Notes under the pieces: model-generated | The model's database searches: none | Told to the model about the DNA's origin: nothing | The model's input: the letters and a program-made list of their open reading frames with translations, nothing else | Made by a program: the position numbers and the translations under genes | Assembly (NCBI RefSeq): GCF_937958185.1 | Contig: NZ_CALFFN010000036.1 | Strand: one strand, 5' to 3' | Source of the DNA: an uncultured Neglectibacter sp. | GTDB lineage: Bacteria > Bacillota > Clostridia > Oscillospirales > Acutalibacteraceae | DNA: 64,000 nt | Shown here: positions 48,027 through 58,590 of the stretch, piece after piece | Position numbering within the stretch: position 1 is the stretch's first letter | How the letters are laid out: each line of letters starts with the position of its first letter

Positions 48027-48581
48027 ATGGTAGAACGCAGTGCAATGATGGAAGACATTCGGGAGGTCCTGTTCACCGAGCGGCAGATCGCCGTGATGGT
48101 GGAGCGCGTTGGCAAGGAAATTTCCAGGGATTACAAGGACAAAAATCTGCTGCTGGTCAGTGTGCTGAAGGGCTCTGTCGTATTTATGGCAGACCTGATG
48201 CGTTCTATCACCATTCCCGCCAAGATAGATTTTATGGCGACCTCCAGCTACGGCTCAGGCACGAAGACCTCGGGCGTGGTGAAGATCATAAAGGACCTGG
48301 ACATTCCTCTGTCCGGCTACGACATCGTTCTGGTAGAGGACATTCTCGACAGCGGCAAGACCCTGAGCTACCTGATGGAGCTGCTTCGGGACAGGAACCC
48401 GAAAAGCATTCAGATATGCACCCTGTTCGACAAGCCGGAGCGCCGGGAGGTAGAGGTGCAGGCTTCCTATGTGGGCTCTGTCATTCCCGATGAATTTATT
48501 GTCGGCTATGGGCTGGACTATGATGAAAAATACCGCAACCTGCCGTTTGTGGGCATTTTGGAGCCCTCTGTGTACGAATAA
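48027..48581 (+). CDS. hpt: Hypoxanthine phosphoribosyltransferase
   Basis: VLKGSVVFMADL, LVEDILDSGKTL, FIVGYGLDY..YRNLP. Confidence 0.97.
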   Translation: MVERSAMMEDIREVLFTERQIAVMVERVGKEISRDYKDKNLLLVSVLKGSVVFMADLMRSITIPAKIDFMATSSYGSGTKTSGVVKIIKDLDIPLSGYDIVLVEDILDSGKTLSYLMELLRDRNPKSIQICTLFDKPERREVEVQASYVGSVIPDEFIVGYGLDYDEKYRNLPFVGILEPSVYE

Positions 48582-48633
48582 TCGGCGGGGAACCGGCAAA
48601 AGTTATTTTTATAGATTTTAGGAGGACACGTTT

Positions 48634-50661
48634 TTGGACAACAGAAAGACGCTGCGAAATCTTGTGCTGTATTTGGGTATTCCGCTGGTGGTGCTGTGCA
48701 TCATCATCTTCTTGTTCCAGGGGAGAGAGCCGGAACAGCCGGCATACAAGTATTCCGACATCATCGACTATTTTGAAACAGGTGAGGTAAAGGCGTACAA
48801 GCTGAATCTCGGCACGGGCGACCTGCACATGACCCTGACCGATGAGAAGGGAACAGTCATAGATTTCGAGCTTCCCAGCATTGATTTGTTCTATCAGAAC
48901 GTATCACAGCACATTCAGCAGTATAACGAGGATCACCCCGACGCCAAGATGGAGCAGGATATTATCCGCCCCGTGGAGACCAGCTGGTTCCTGAGTCTGC
49001 TGCCCACCCTCATTTTGTTTGTGGGGCTTATCGTCATCTGGATCTTCATGATGCGCCGTTTGGGCAGCACGATGGGGGGCGGCTCCGACAGGCAGATGAA
49101 TTTCGGCAAGGCGCGGGTCAAGCAGATCGGCGATGAAAAGCGGAAGACCACCTTTGCCGATGTTGCGGGAGCGGACGAGGAAAAGGAGGAGCTGCGGGAG
49201 ATCGTGGAGTTCCTCAAAAACCCCTCCAAGTTCAACTCCCTGGGCGCCCGCATCCCTAAGGGCGTGCTGCTGGTAGGACCTCCCGGCACAGGCAAGACCC
49301 TGCTGGCAAGAGCTGTGGCGGGAGAAGCCGGGGTCCCCTTCTTCTCCATTTCCGGCTCCGATTTCGTAGAAATGTTCGTAGGCGTGGGCGCTTCCCGTGT
49401 CCGTGACCTATTTGAAAAAGCCAAGAAGAACCACCCCTGCATCATCTTTATCGATGAGATAGACGCCGTCGGCCGCCAGAGAGGCGCGGGCTTGGGCGGC
49501 GGTCACGATGAACGGGAACAGACCCTGAACCAGCTGCTGGTGGAAATGGACGGCTTTGGCGCAAATGAAGGCGTTATCATGATCGCCGCCACCAACCGCC
49601 CCGATATTCTCGACCCGGCGCTGATGCGTCCCGGTCGGTTCGACCGGCAGGTCACCGTGGGCTATCCCGATATCAAGGGGCGGGAAGAAATTCTGCGAGT
49701 ACACGCCAAAGGAAAACCCCTGGCGCCCGATGTGGTGCTTTCCACCATTGCCAAATCCACCGCAGGGTTCACCGGCGCCGATTTGGAAAACCTGCTGAAT
49801 GAAGCAGCTCTGCTGGCGGCAAGAAGGAACCACAAGGCGATCACCATGCCGGAGATCGAGGAAGCCACCATCAAGGTGGTGGTCGGCACGGAGAAAAAGA
49901 GCCGCGTCATGAGCGAGAAGGAGAAAAAACTCACCGCCTATCATGAGGCAGGTCACGCTATCGCCACCTACTATTGCGGCACCCAGGACCCCGTGCACCA
50001 GATATCCATTATTCCCAGAGGAATGGCGGGCGGCTATACCATGCACCTGCCCACTGAGGACCGCTCTTACCAGAGCCGGAACGAAATGAAGGAGGAGCTG
50101 GTGGTACTGCTGGGCGGTCGCGTGGCGGAAGCGCTGGTGCTGGACGATATCTCCACCGGGGCGTCCAACGACATCGAACGGGCGACAAAGATCGCCCGCG
50201 CCATGGTGACCAAGTACGGCATGAGCGAAAAGCTGGGACCCATCACCTACGGCACGGACGACAGCAACCCCTTCCTGGGCAAGGAAATGGGGCATATCAG
50301 CAATTATTCCGAGCAGACCGCATCTGAGATCGACGCCGAAATACAGGCTATCATTTCCGCCGCCTATCACCAGACGGAGGAGATTTTGAAGGAGCATATC
50401 GACGAGCTCCACCGGCTGGCGGGCGTGCTGTACGAAAAGGAAAAGCTGGACGGCAGCGAGTTCCAGCAGGTCATGGACGGTATGCTGCTGCCCGGCGGCA
50501 CGGCACAGGGGCAGCTGCCCGGCAATGCCGGAGAGGTTGCCCGGCCTGAGCAGCAAAGCGAAACAACGAGCGAAGCGTTGGAAGCTGCGGAGGACGCTTT
50601 ACAGGAAGCGGAAGCCGTTTTCACGCCGGAGGAAAATGTGCCCACGGAAAAAGACGAATAG
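48634..50661 (+). CDS. ftsH: ATP-dependent zinc metalloprotease FtsH
   Basis: Two TM helices, [29 protein letters not shown] start. Confidence 0.98.
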   Translation: MDNRKTLRNLVLYLGIPLVVLCIIIFLFQGREPEQPAYKYSDIIDYFETGEVKAYKLNLGTGDLHMTLTDEKGTVIDFELPSIDLFYQNVSQHIQQYNEDHPDAKMEQDIIRPVETSWFLSLLPTLILFVGLIVIWIFMMRRLGSTMGGGSDRQMNFGKARVKQIGDEKRKTTFADVAGADEEKEELREIVEFLKNPSKFNSLGARIPKGVLLVGPPGTGKTLLARAVAGEAGVPFFSISGSDFVEMFVGVGASRVRDLFEKAKKNHPCIIFIDEIDAVGRQRGAGLGGGHDEREQTLNQLLVEMDGFGANEGVIMIAATNRPDILDPALMRPGRFDRQVTVGYPDIKGREEILRVHAKGKPLAPDVVLSTIAKSTAGFTGADLENLLNEAALLAARRNHKAITMPEIEEATIKVVVGTEKKSRVMSEKEKKLTAYHEAGHAIATYYCGTQDPVHQISIIPRGMAGGYTMHLPTEDRSYQSRNEMKEELVVLLGGRVAEALVLDDISTGASNDIERATKIARAMVTKYGMSEKLGPITYGTDDSNPFLGKEMGHISNYSEQTASEIDAEIQAIISAAYHQTEEILKEHIDELHRLAGVLYEKEKLDGSEFQQVMDGMLLPGGTAQGQLPGNAGEVARPEQQSETTSEALEAAEDALQEAEAVFTPEENVPTEKDE

Positions 50662-50701
50662 AGGAAACACCCCCAGCGGCGCTTGTTTTGAGCTGCTGAG
50701 G

Positions 50702-50731
50702 AGAAGGGGTCGTAGTTTACGACCCCTTCTT
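50702..50731 (+). terminator. Probable terminator after ftsH
   Basis: AGAAGGGGTCGTA-GTT-TACGACCCCTTCT-T stem-loop. Confidence 0.65.
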
Positions 50732-50841
50732 ACTGCAAGAGGGCGGAATTTTTCTATAAAGTAATTTTGCTTTACAGAATGCGGTAATGCGGTTGCTTTT
50801 ATGGTAAGTATTTTAACTTTACAGCAAGGAAGAGGAGAGGT

Positions 50842-52824
50842 ATGGCGAAAAAACAGGAATATGGCAACGACAGTATTCAAAGCTTAAAGGGCGCGGACCG
50901 TGTGCGGCTGCGTCCGGCAGTCATTTTCGGTTCGGACGGTATCGACGGCTGTCAGCATTCTATTTTTGAGATATTGTCCAACTCCATCGACGAAGCGCGG
51001 CAGGGCTTTGGCAGAGAGATCACCATTACCCGGTTCCTGGACCACTCCGTTCAGGTGGAGGACCACGGCAGAGGGATCCCCGTGGACTACAACACCAAGG
51101 AGGAGCGCTACAACTGGGAGCTGGTATTCTGCGAAATGTACGCCGGCGGCAAATACAACAATGATTCCGGGGAGAACTACGAATACTCCCTGGGCTTGAA
51201 CGGCTTGGGTCTCTGCGCCACCCAGTACGCTTCCGAATATATGGACGTGGATATCCGCCGGGACGGCTTCCGTTACACCCTGCATTTTGAGCACGGTGAA
51301 AACGTGGGCGGGCTGCAAAAGGACCCCTATGCCAGAAAGGACACCGGGTCTGTCATCAAGTGGAAGCCCGATTTACAGGTTTTCACCGATATCGACGTCA
51401 GTACGGACTATTATCTGGACATTTTGAAGCGCCAGGCGGTGGTCAACGCGGGGATCCATTTCCATTTCCGCAATGAGACTACTCCCGGCAAATTTGAAAC
51501 TACAGATTTCTGTTATGAAAACGGCATTCTTGACCATGCCCGGGAGCTGGCGGGAGAAGAATTTTTGACCCCTGTGCAGTTTTGGCAGAGCGAGAAAAAA
51601 GTGCGGGACAGAGACGATATGCCCCTTTACAACACGAAAATCAACGTGGCGGCGGCGTTTTCCAATAAGACCAGCGTGGCGGAGTATTACCACAATTCCA
51701 GCTGGCTGGAGCATGGCGGCGCCCCGGATAAAGCGGTGCGCAGCGCCTTTGTCAGCCAGATCGACGCTTATCTGAAGCAGAACAACAAGTACACGAAAAA
51801 TGAGAGTAAGATCACCTTTCAGGACGTGGAGGACTGCCTGATCATCGTGATATCTTCTTTTTCTACTCAGACCTCCTATGAGAACCAGACCAAGAAAGCA
51901 ATCACCAACAAGGGCATTCAGGAAGCCATGACGGAAATGCTGCGGCACAACCTGGAAATTTATTTTCTGGAAAATCCGCTGGACGCTGAAAAAATCGGCA
52001 ATCAGGTGCTGGTGAACAAGCGCAGCCGGGAGGACGCGGAAAAGACAAGATTGAATCTGAAAACCAAGCTTACCGGCAAAATGGACATCACCGGGCGCGT
52101 GGCAAAGTTTGTGGACTGCCGCAGCCGGGACGTCAACGAACGGGAGCTGTTCATCGTGGAGGGCGATTCCGCTCTGGGCGCGGTGAAGCAGGCGCGGGAT
52201 TCCAATTTCCAGGCGGTCATGCCCATTCGAGGGAAAATCCTGAATTGCCTGAAAGCCGACTATGACAGGATATTCAAAAGCGAGATCATCACCGACCTCA
52301 TCAAGGTGCTGGGCTGCGGCGTGCAGGTGAAAACAAAAGCAAATAAGAACCTGAACGCTTTCGATATGGACAACCTGCGGTGGAGCAAAATCATTTTCTG
52401 CACCGATGCCGATGTGGACGGCTTCCAGATCAGGGTGCTGCTGCTGACCATGGTGTACCGCCTTGCCCCGGCGCTGATCGAAGCCGGAAAGGTATTCATT
52501 GTGGAATCCCCCTTGTATGAGATCACCACCAAGGACGAGACGTATTTTGCCTATGACGAGACGGAAAAGGCGGAGTTCCTGAAAAAGCTGGAGGGGCAGA
52601 AATACACCATTCAGCGCAGTAAGGGGCTGGGCGAAAACGAGCCGGACATGATGAACCTGACCACCATGAACCCTGCCACCCGGCGGCTCATCAAGGTGCT
52701 GCCCGGCGATGCGGAATATGCTGCCGAGATGTTCGACATCATGCAGGGTGACAATATCCAGGGACGGAAAGACTATATCGCCGAGCACGGCGCGGAATAT
52801 ACCGACGAGCTGGACGTGAGTTGA
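50842..52824 (+). CDS. Type IIA topoisomerase subunit B (GyrB/ParE family, divergent)
   Basis: EILSNSIDE, DHGRGIP, AGGKY, GLNGLG, EGDSA, PIRGKILN, DADVDG, KGLGE. Confidence 0.92.
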   Translation: MAKKQEYGNDSIQSLKGADRVRLRPAVIFGSDGIDGCQHSIFEILSNSIDEARQGFGREITITRFLDHSVQVEDHGRGIPVDYNTKEERYNWELVFCEMYAGGKYNNDSGENYEYSLGLNGLGLCATQYASEYMDVDIRRDGFRYTLHFEHGENVGGLQKDPYARKDTGSVIKWKPDLQVFTDIDVSTDYYLDILKRQAVVNAGIHFHFRNETTPGKFETTDFCYENGILDHARELAGEEFLTPVQFWQSEKKVRDRDDMPLYNTKINVAAAFSNKTSVAEYYHNSSWLEHGGAPDKAVRSAFVSQIDAYLKQNNKYTKNESKITFQDVEDCLIIVISSFSTQTSYENQTKKAITNKGIQEAMTEMLRHNLEIYFLENPLDAEKIGNQVLVNKRSREDAEKTRLNLKTKLTGKMDITGRVAKFVDCRSRDVNERELFIVEGDSALGAVKQARDSNFQAVMPIRGKILNCLKADYDRIFKSEIITDLIKVLGCGVQVKTKANKNLNAFDMDNLRWSKIIFCTDADVDGFQIRVLLLTMVYRLAPALIEAGKVFIVESPLYEITTKDETYFAYDETEKAEFLKKLEGQKYTIQRSKGLGENEPDMMNLTTMNPATRRLIKVLPGDAEYAAEMFDIMQGDNIQGRKDYIAEHGAEYTDELDVS

Positions 52825-52825
52825 G

Positions 52826-52856
52826 TAGTTGTTAGCTGTGAGTAGTTAGTTGTTAG
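52826..52856 (+). repeat. Solo heptamer array (family C) just after the topoisomerase-B stop
   Basis: TAGTTGT TAGCTGT GAGTAGT TAGTTGT TAG. Confidence 0.8.
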
Positions 52857-52892
52857 AAAAGGGAAAGGGCGCTATTTTCAGAAAGGATAAAA

Positions 52893-53303
52893 ATGATTCT
52901 GTATCGCGAGCAAAAAATCTCTGCGGCGGATTTTAACGCTTTGACGGAAGCTGTGGGCTGGGGAACACGGGACAGGGCTGTTGTAGAGACAGCTCTCAGC
53001 AATACCTTTTATTCGGTTTGCGCCGTAGAGGACGGCAGGCTGGTGGGGTATGCAAGGCTTATCGGCGACAAAACGATTTTCCTCTATGTGCAGGACGTAA
53101 TGGTCCGCCCTGAGTATCAGGGAATGGGAATCGGCACGAAGCTCATGGAGAAAATTACGGAAAAGATTTCGGAATGTAAGGCTGCCAGCCCGGACCTGAG
53201 AGCTTATCTGGGCGCTTCCAAAGGGCGGGAAAGCTTTTACCGGCGTTTTGGCTTTTTGACCCGCGGCGAAGCGGATTTGGGGGAAGGCATGGTGCTGCTG
53301 TAA
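52893..53303 (+). CDS. GNAT N-acetyltransferase
   Basis: LVGYARLIGD..YVQDVMVRPEYQGMGIG..FYRRFGF. Confidence 0.9.
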   Translation: MILYREQKISAADFNALTEAVGWGTRDRAVVETALSNTFYSVCAVEDGRLVGYARLIGDKTIFLYVQDVMVRPEYQGMGIGTKLMEKITEKISECKAASPDLRAYLGASKGRESFYRRFGFLTRGEADLGEGMVLL

Positions 53304-53340
53304 GCGCGCCGCAGAAGAGAAAAGAGGAGGTATTCAGGCT

Positions 53341-55569
53341 GTGCCAAAGAAAGAAAAGAAAAGCAGCGACAGGCTGCCGAAAATGAAAGGTTATATTGCC
53401 GGGGCGGGAGAAATTGTGGAGCAGGACGTGGGAGATACCGTCCGTAAAAATTTCATGCCCTATGCCATGAGCGTGATCCTGAGCCGGGCGATCCCGGAAA
53501 TCGACGGCTTTAAGCCGTCCCATAGAAAGCTGCTGTACACCATGTACAAGATGGGGCTTTTGACCTCCGCCCGGACGAAAAGCGCCAACATCGTGGGACA
53601 GACCATGAAGCTGAACCCTCACGGAGATTCCGCCATTTATGACACCATGGTGCGGCTTTCCCGGGGCTATGAAGCCCTTTTGCACCCCTTTGTGGATTCT
53701 AAGGGCAACTTCGGCAAGGCGTTCTCCCGGGATATGGCATGGGCGGCGTCCCGTTATACGGAAGCAAAGCTGGACAGTATCTGCAAGGAACTGTTCCAGG
53801 ATATCGACAAGGATACGGTGGATTTTGTAGACAACTACGACAACACCATGAAGGAGCCGTCCCTGCTGCCCGCCACTTTCCCCACCATTTTGGTCAATGC
53901 CAACACGGGCATTGCCGTGGGCATGGCAAGCAATATCTGCCCCTTTAACCTTGCCGAGGTGTGCGCTACCACCATCGCCCTGATGCGGGACCCGGAAGCC
54001 GACCTGTTCCAGACCCTGCAGGCGCCGGATTTCCCCGGCGGTGGTCAGCTGATTTTCGACCGGGAGCAGATGGAAAAAATCTACGACACCGGCAGGGGCA
54101 GCTTCCGGGTGCGCAGCCGGTATACCTATGATAAGTCCGCCGGCTGTATCGACATCACCCAGATCCCGCCCTCCACCACAGTGGAGGTCATCGTGGAAAA
54201 GGTGGTGGAGCTGGTCAAGCAGAACAAATTAAAGGAAATTTCCGATATCCGGGACGAAACCGATTTGAACGGCTTAAAGATCACCATTGACCTGAAGCGG
54301 GGCGTGGACCCGGATAAGCTGATGCAGAAGCTCTTTAAGCTCACCACGCTGGAGGACAGCTTTGCCTGTAACTTCAACGTATTGATCGCCGGCGTGCCCC
54401 GGGTGCTGGGCGTCCGGGAGCTTTTGGAGGAGTGGACGGCGTTCCGGGTGGAATGCGTCCGCCGCCGGACGTATTACGACCTGCAAAAGAAAAAAGAAAA
54501 GCTCCACCTGCTGTTGGGCTTGCAGGCGATTTTGCTGGATATTGACAAGGCGATCCGCATTGTCCGGGAAACGGAAGAGGAAAACGAAGTGGTGCCGAAC
54601 CTGATGATCGGCTTTGGCATTGACGAGGTTCAGGCGGAGTACGTGGCGGAAATACGGCTGCGCCACCTGAACCGGGAATACATTCTCAAGCGCACGGAGG
54701 AAACCGACGATTTGAAGAAAGAGATCGCCGAACTGGAGGGGATTTTAAGCTCCAGGGCAAAGGTGAAATCTATCATCATTCGTGAGCTGGAGGAAGTGGC
54801 AAAGCGCTACGGCAAGCCCCGGCGCACCATGATCCTCTATGCCGACGAGGTAGAGGAGATCGAGGTGACGGAGGAGGTGCCGGATTACCCGGTGAACCTG
54901 TTTTTTACCGGGGAAGGGTACTTCAAAAAGATCACGCCCCTGTCCCTGCGCATGAGCGGGGAACAGAAGCTGAAGGAGGGCGACACGATCACCCAGCAGC
55001 TGGAGGGCACGAACAATATGGAGCTGCTGTTCTTCTCCGACCGCTCGCAGGTCTACAAGATGAAAGCCTCCGATTTTTCAGACACCAAGGCAAGCGTGCT
55101 GGGAGAATATATCCCCGCCCGCGCCCAGATGGACGAGGGCGAGCGCGCCGTGTACATGGCGGCAACCACGGAATACGATGGCTTTATGCTGTTCTTCTTC
55201 GCTAACGGCAAGGTCGCCAAGGTGGAAATGAGCGCCTATCAAACAAAGACCAACCGAAAGAAGCTGATCAGCGCCTACAGCGATAAGTCCCCCCTGACGG
55301 CGGCGCTGTACGTAAAGGAGGACTGCGAGGTTTTGCTTACCGCCTCCAACGGCAGAATGCTGCTGTTCCACACCGGGCTGATCCTGCCCAAAACCACCAA
55401 AAATACTCAGGGCGTTCAGGCGATGAATGTAAAAAAGGGTCAGCGGCTTGTCTCCGCCGTGGCATATGAGGAGGGAATGCTGAAAAACCCCGCCCGCTAT
55501 CAAAAGAAGATTCCTGCCGCCGGGGCAATGCCCGACGATACGGAAGCGGGAGAACAGATGAAGCTGTAA
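53341..55569 (+). CDS. Type IIA topoisomerase subunit A (GyrA/ParC family, divergent)
   Basis: PYAMSVI.SRAIP..DGFKP, PHGDSAIY, AASRYTEAKL (catalytic Tyr), GIAVGMA, PDFPGGG. Confidence 0.92.
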   Translation: MPKKEKKSSDRLPKMKGYIAGAGEIVEQDVGDTVRKNFMPYAMSVILSRAIPEIDGFKPSHRKLLYTMYKMGLLTSARTKSANIVGQTMKLNPHGDSAIYDTMVRLSRGYEALLHPFVDSKGNFGKAFSRDMAWAASRYTEAKLDSICKELFQDIDKDTVDFVDNYDNTMKEPSLLPATFPTILVNANTGIAVGMASNICPFNLAEVCATTIALMRDPEADLFQTLQAPDFPGGGQLIFDREQMEKIYDTGRGSFRVRSRYTYDKSAGCIDITQIPPSTTVEVIVEKVVELVKQNKLKEISDIRDETDLNGLKITIDLKRGVDPDKLMQKLFKLTTLEDSFACNFNVLIAGVPRVLGVRELLEEWTAFRVECVRRRTYYDLQKKKEKLHLLLGLQAILLDIDKAIRIVRETEEENEVVPNLMIGFGIDEVQAEYVAEIRLRHLNREYILKRTEETDDLKKEIAELEGILSSRAKVKSIIIRELEEVAKRYGKPRRTMILYADEVEEIEVTEEVPDYPVNLFFTGEGYFKKITPLSLRMSGEQKLKEGDTITQQLEGTNNMELLFFSDRSQVYKMKASDFSDTKASVLGEYIPARAQMDEGERAVYMAATTEYDGFMLFFFANGKVAKVEMSAYQTKTNRKKLISAYSDKSPLTAALYVKEDCEVLLTASNGRMLLFHTGLILPKTTKNTQGVQAMNVKKGQRLVSAVAYEEGMLKNPARYQKKIPAAGAMPDDTEAGEQMKL

Positions 55570-55603
55570 GAAATTATTTCACACATAGAAAGGAAGCTTT
55601 TCC

Positions 55604-56845
55604 ATGAATTACAAAGAGAGAAGACAGCAGGTACTGGAACAGATGGAGCAGCGCTCCGCGTTGATTCTGTTCTCCGGCACGGAGATGCATGTCAGCGCCG
55701 ACGAATACGCCCATTTTGAAGCAAACCGGAATTTTTTCTACCTGACCGGGCTGCGGAGAGAGCGCATGGCTCTGGTGATGGTGAAGAACGGCGTTTCTCC
55801 CAAAACCATGCTGTTCATTGAGGAATCCGACCCCACCGCCGTGCGCTGGACAGGCAAGCGCGTCAGCGTGGAGGAAGCAAAGGAAATTTCCGGCGTGGAG
55901 GAGGTCCATTTCTGGCAGGAGCTGACAAGCTGGACAAACCGCTTGATGTCCGGCGGCCTGCAGACCCTGTATTTCGACTGCAACCGCTATCAGTGGGACG
56001 ACCTGCCGGATTACAACGCCGCTAAAGCGAAGGAATTCGGGGACAAGTACCCGGGGGTGCAGATTCGTGATATTTTCCCCACCGTTGCCGCCATGCGCAT
56101 GAAAAAGGACGGAGACGAGGTTTCCATGATCCGGGAAGCGATCGACGTTACCGACAAGGCGCTGCAAAATGTGATGAGCCATCTGAAGCCCGGCATGAAG
56201 GAATATCAGGTGCAGGCGGACTTTGAATACATGGTCAACTATTTGGGCGCGGACGGCATGGCGTTCCCCACTATCGCCGGAAGCGGCGCGAACGGCACCA
56301 TGCTCCACTATGGCACCAACCGGGACACCTGCGCGGACGGCACGCTGGTGCTGCTGGATTTGGGGGCAAAGGTGAAGGGCTACTGCGCCGATATCACCCG
56401 CACTTACCCGGTGAACGGGAAATACTCTCCCCGGCAGCGCCAGGTGTACGACATCGTGCTGAAAGCGAACCGCGCGGTGGCGCAGGCGGCAAAGGCGGGT
56501 GTTACGCTGGGCGAGCTGCAAAAGCTGTGCAGCGACGTACTGGCGCAGGGCTGTATGGAGCTGGGGCTGATCGAAAAGCCCGAGGAAGTCAGAAAGTATT
56601 ATATGCACGGCGTGTCCCACCATCTTGGTATCGACGTCCACGATGTGAACGACGGGCAGAACGGACCCCTGCCCGCAGGGGCTGTCATCACCGACGAACC
56701 CGGACTTTACATTGACGAGTGGGAGATCGGTATCCGCATTGAAGACGACCTGCTTATCACGGAGAACGGCTGCCAGGTGCTGTCGGAAGCCATTATCCGC
56801 GATCCTGACGAGATCGAAGCCTTTATGGCAGGGAGCAGCCGGTAA
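55604..56845 (+). CDS. pepP: Xaa-Pro aminopeptidase (M24B)
   Basis: NFFYLTG, LHY, LLDLG..YCADITRT, HGVSHHLGIDVHD, EPGLY, GIRIEDD. Confidence 0.92.
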   Translation: MNYKERRQQVLEQMEQRSALILFSGTEMHVSADEYAHFEANRNFFYLTGLRRERMALVMVKNGVSPKTMLFIEESDPTAVRWTGKRVSVEEAKEISGVEEVHFWQELTSWTNRLMSGGLQTLYFDCNRYQWDDLPDYNAAKAKEFGDKYPGVQIRDIFPTVAAMRMKKDGDEVSMIREAIDVTDKALQNVMSHLKPGMKEYQVQADFEYMVNYLGADGMAFPTIAGSGANGTMLHYGTNRDTCADGTLVLLDLGAKVKGYCADITRTYPVNGKYSPRQRQVYDIVLKANRAVAQAAKAGVTLGELQKLCSDVLAQGCMELGLIEKPEEVRKYYMHGVSHHLGIDVHDVNDGQNGPLPAGAVITDEPGLYIDEWEIGIRIEDDLLITENGCQVLSEAIIRDPDEIEAFMAGSSR

Positions 56846-56974
56846 GCGTTGGGTACCTGCCCGCTGCTTGCTATTAAAAATTGCGGAGCGTACCCCCGCT
56901 TTTTCCGGCAGGGCGGACCCGCAGGATATTTGGAAATGCAGCAAAAAATCGACCTTGCAAAATCCGCTTTGGGC

Positions 56975-57004
56975 TTGTCAGCTCAGGGCGGATTCTGTTA
57001 TACT
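56975..57004 (+). promoter_or_regulatory. Probable promoter of the GH43-GH27 pair
   Basis: TTGTCA-18 bp-TATACT preceded by TG. Confidence 0.55.
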
Positions 57005-57045
57005 GGGAACAGTTGGAAACAGTAACATAGAAAGGAAGCGCAGCT

Positions 57046-58590
57046 ATGAAATTCCGCAATCCCGTCATTCCCGGCTTTTACCCCGATCCCAGCATTTGCC
57101 GGGTAGGAGAGGACTACTATCTGGTAAACAGCTCCTTCGAGTTTTTTCCGGGCGTTCCCCTGTACCACAGCCGGGACTTGATCTCCTGGGAGCAGATCGG
57201 GCATGTGCTCACCCGGAAAAGCCAGCTGCCCCTGGAGGGCTGCCCCAATTCCGGCGGCATTTTCGCCCCCACAATCCGTTATCATGAGGGCAGGTTCTAC
57301 ATGGTGACCACCAACGTCACCGGCGGCGGGCATTTCTTTGTGTGGACGGACGACATCCGCGGGGAATGGTCCGACCCCGTCTGGGTGAAGCAGATGGGCA
57401 TTGACCCGTCCCTGTTCTGGGACGATGACGGCAAAGTGTATTTCCAGAGCACCTTCTTTGACAAAAAGACCGGGCGCCAGTGCATCGGGCAGAGCGAGAT
57501 AGATTTGGAAACGGGAGCGCTGCTGACGGAGACACGTCCCCTTTGGTTCGGCACAGGAGGAAAATGCCCGGAAGGACCCCACCTGTACAAAAGAAACGGC
57601 GTGTATTATCTGATGATCGCCGAGGGTGGCACGGAATATGGGCATATGGAGACCCTCGCCCGTTCCCGGAATGTGTGGGGACCCTTTGAAAGCTGCCCCC
57701 ATAATCCCATCGTGACCCAGCGCGATTTCATGCCGGACTACACTGACCCCACCTCCGATGTGATCCAGGGCGTTGGGCACGCCGATTTGGTAGACGATCC
57801 GAAAGGAAACTGGTGGCTGGTGTTCCACGGCTTCCGCCCCTCCCAGTCCATGCTGCACCATATCGGGCGGGAAACCATGGTCGCCCCGGTGGAATGGGAC
57901 AGCGACGGCTGGCTCACCGTCAACGGCGGCAAGCCCATCACCCCTGTGATGGAGCTGCCCGGCGGCGATGGCTTCCTTCCGCAAACCGATTTTTCCTTTT
58001 CGGAGGATTTCACAAAAGAAAGCACTCTCCCCGCAAGATGGGCATATCTGCGGGACCCTGTGGAAGAGCATTATCATTTTTCCGACGGTCTTGTGCTGAC
58101 CGGCGGCGACCCGCTGGAAGGGCGGGGCGCGCCCACCTTTGTAGGCGTGCGCCAGCGGCAGTTTACAGGCACGGTAACGGCGGAAGCGGAGATTTTCCCT
58201 GAAGACGACCGGCAGGAGGCGGGGATCACCGTCTACCATACCGGGGAGCACCACTATGACCTGGTGGTGACCTGCCGGGGCGGCAAACGAGTGGCGCTGC
58301 TGCGCAGGCGGGTGTGCGACCTGCTGGTGGAATCGGACTGCGTGGAACTGCCGGAAAGCGGCAGCCTGACCCTGCAGATCAGGTCCGACCGGCTGCACTA
58401 TGAATTTTTTGCGGGAGCTGCCGACGGTGAGCTGCAGTCCCTGGGCAAAGCGCGGACCCAGCCCCTTTCCACCGAGGTGATGGCGGGCACCTTTACCGGG
58501 TGCTTCTTTGGAATGTTTGCCCAAGGGGAAGGGACAAAGGCGGTCTTTTCCGCATTCAGCTGCAACTATCAGGAGGGAAATGAAAAATGA
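57046..58590 (+). CDS. GH43 beta-xylosidase/alpha-L-arabinofuranosidase
   Basis: NPVIPGFYPDPSI, FAPTIRYH, IDPSLF, EGPHLY, GHADLV, C-terminal beta-sandwich. Confidence 0.93.
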   Translation: MKFRNPVIPGFYPDPSICRVGEDYYLVNSSFEFFPGVPLYHSRDLISWEQIGHVLTRKSQLPLEGCPNSGGIFAPTIRYHEGRFYMVTTNVTGGGHFFVWTDDIRGEWSDPVWVKQMGIDPSLFWDDDGKVYFQSTFFDKKTGRQCIGQSEIDLETGALLTETRPLWFGTGGKCPEGPHLYKRNGVYYLMIAEGGTEYGHMETLARSRNVWGPFESCPHNPIVTQRDFMPDYTDPTSDVIQGVGHADLVDDPKGNWWLVFHGFRPSQSMLHHIGRETMVAPVEWDSDGWLTVNGGKPITPVMELPGGDGFLPQTDFSFSEDFTKESTLPARWAYLRDPVEEHYHFSDGLVLTGGDPLEGRGAPTFVGVRQRQFTGTVTAEAEIFPEDDRQEAGITVYHTGEHHYDLVVTCRGGKRVALLRRRVCDLLVESDCVELPESGSLTLQIRSDRLHYEFFAGAADGELQSLGKARTQPLSTEVMAGTFTGCFFGMFAQGEGTKAVFSAFSCNYQEGNEK

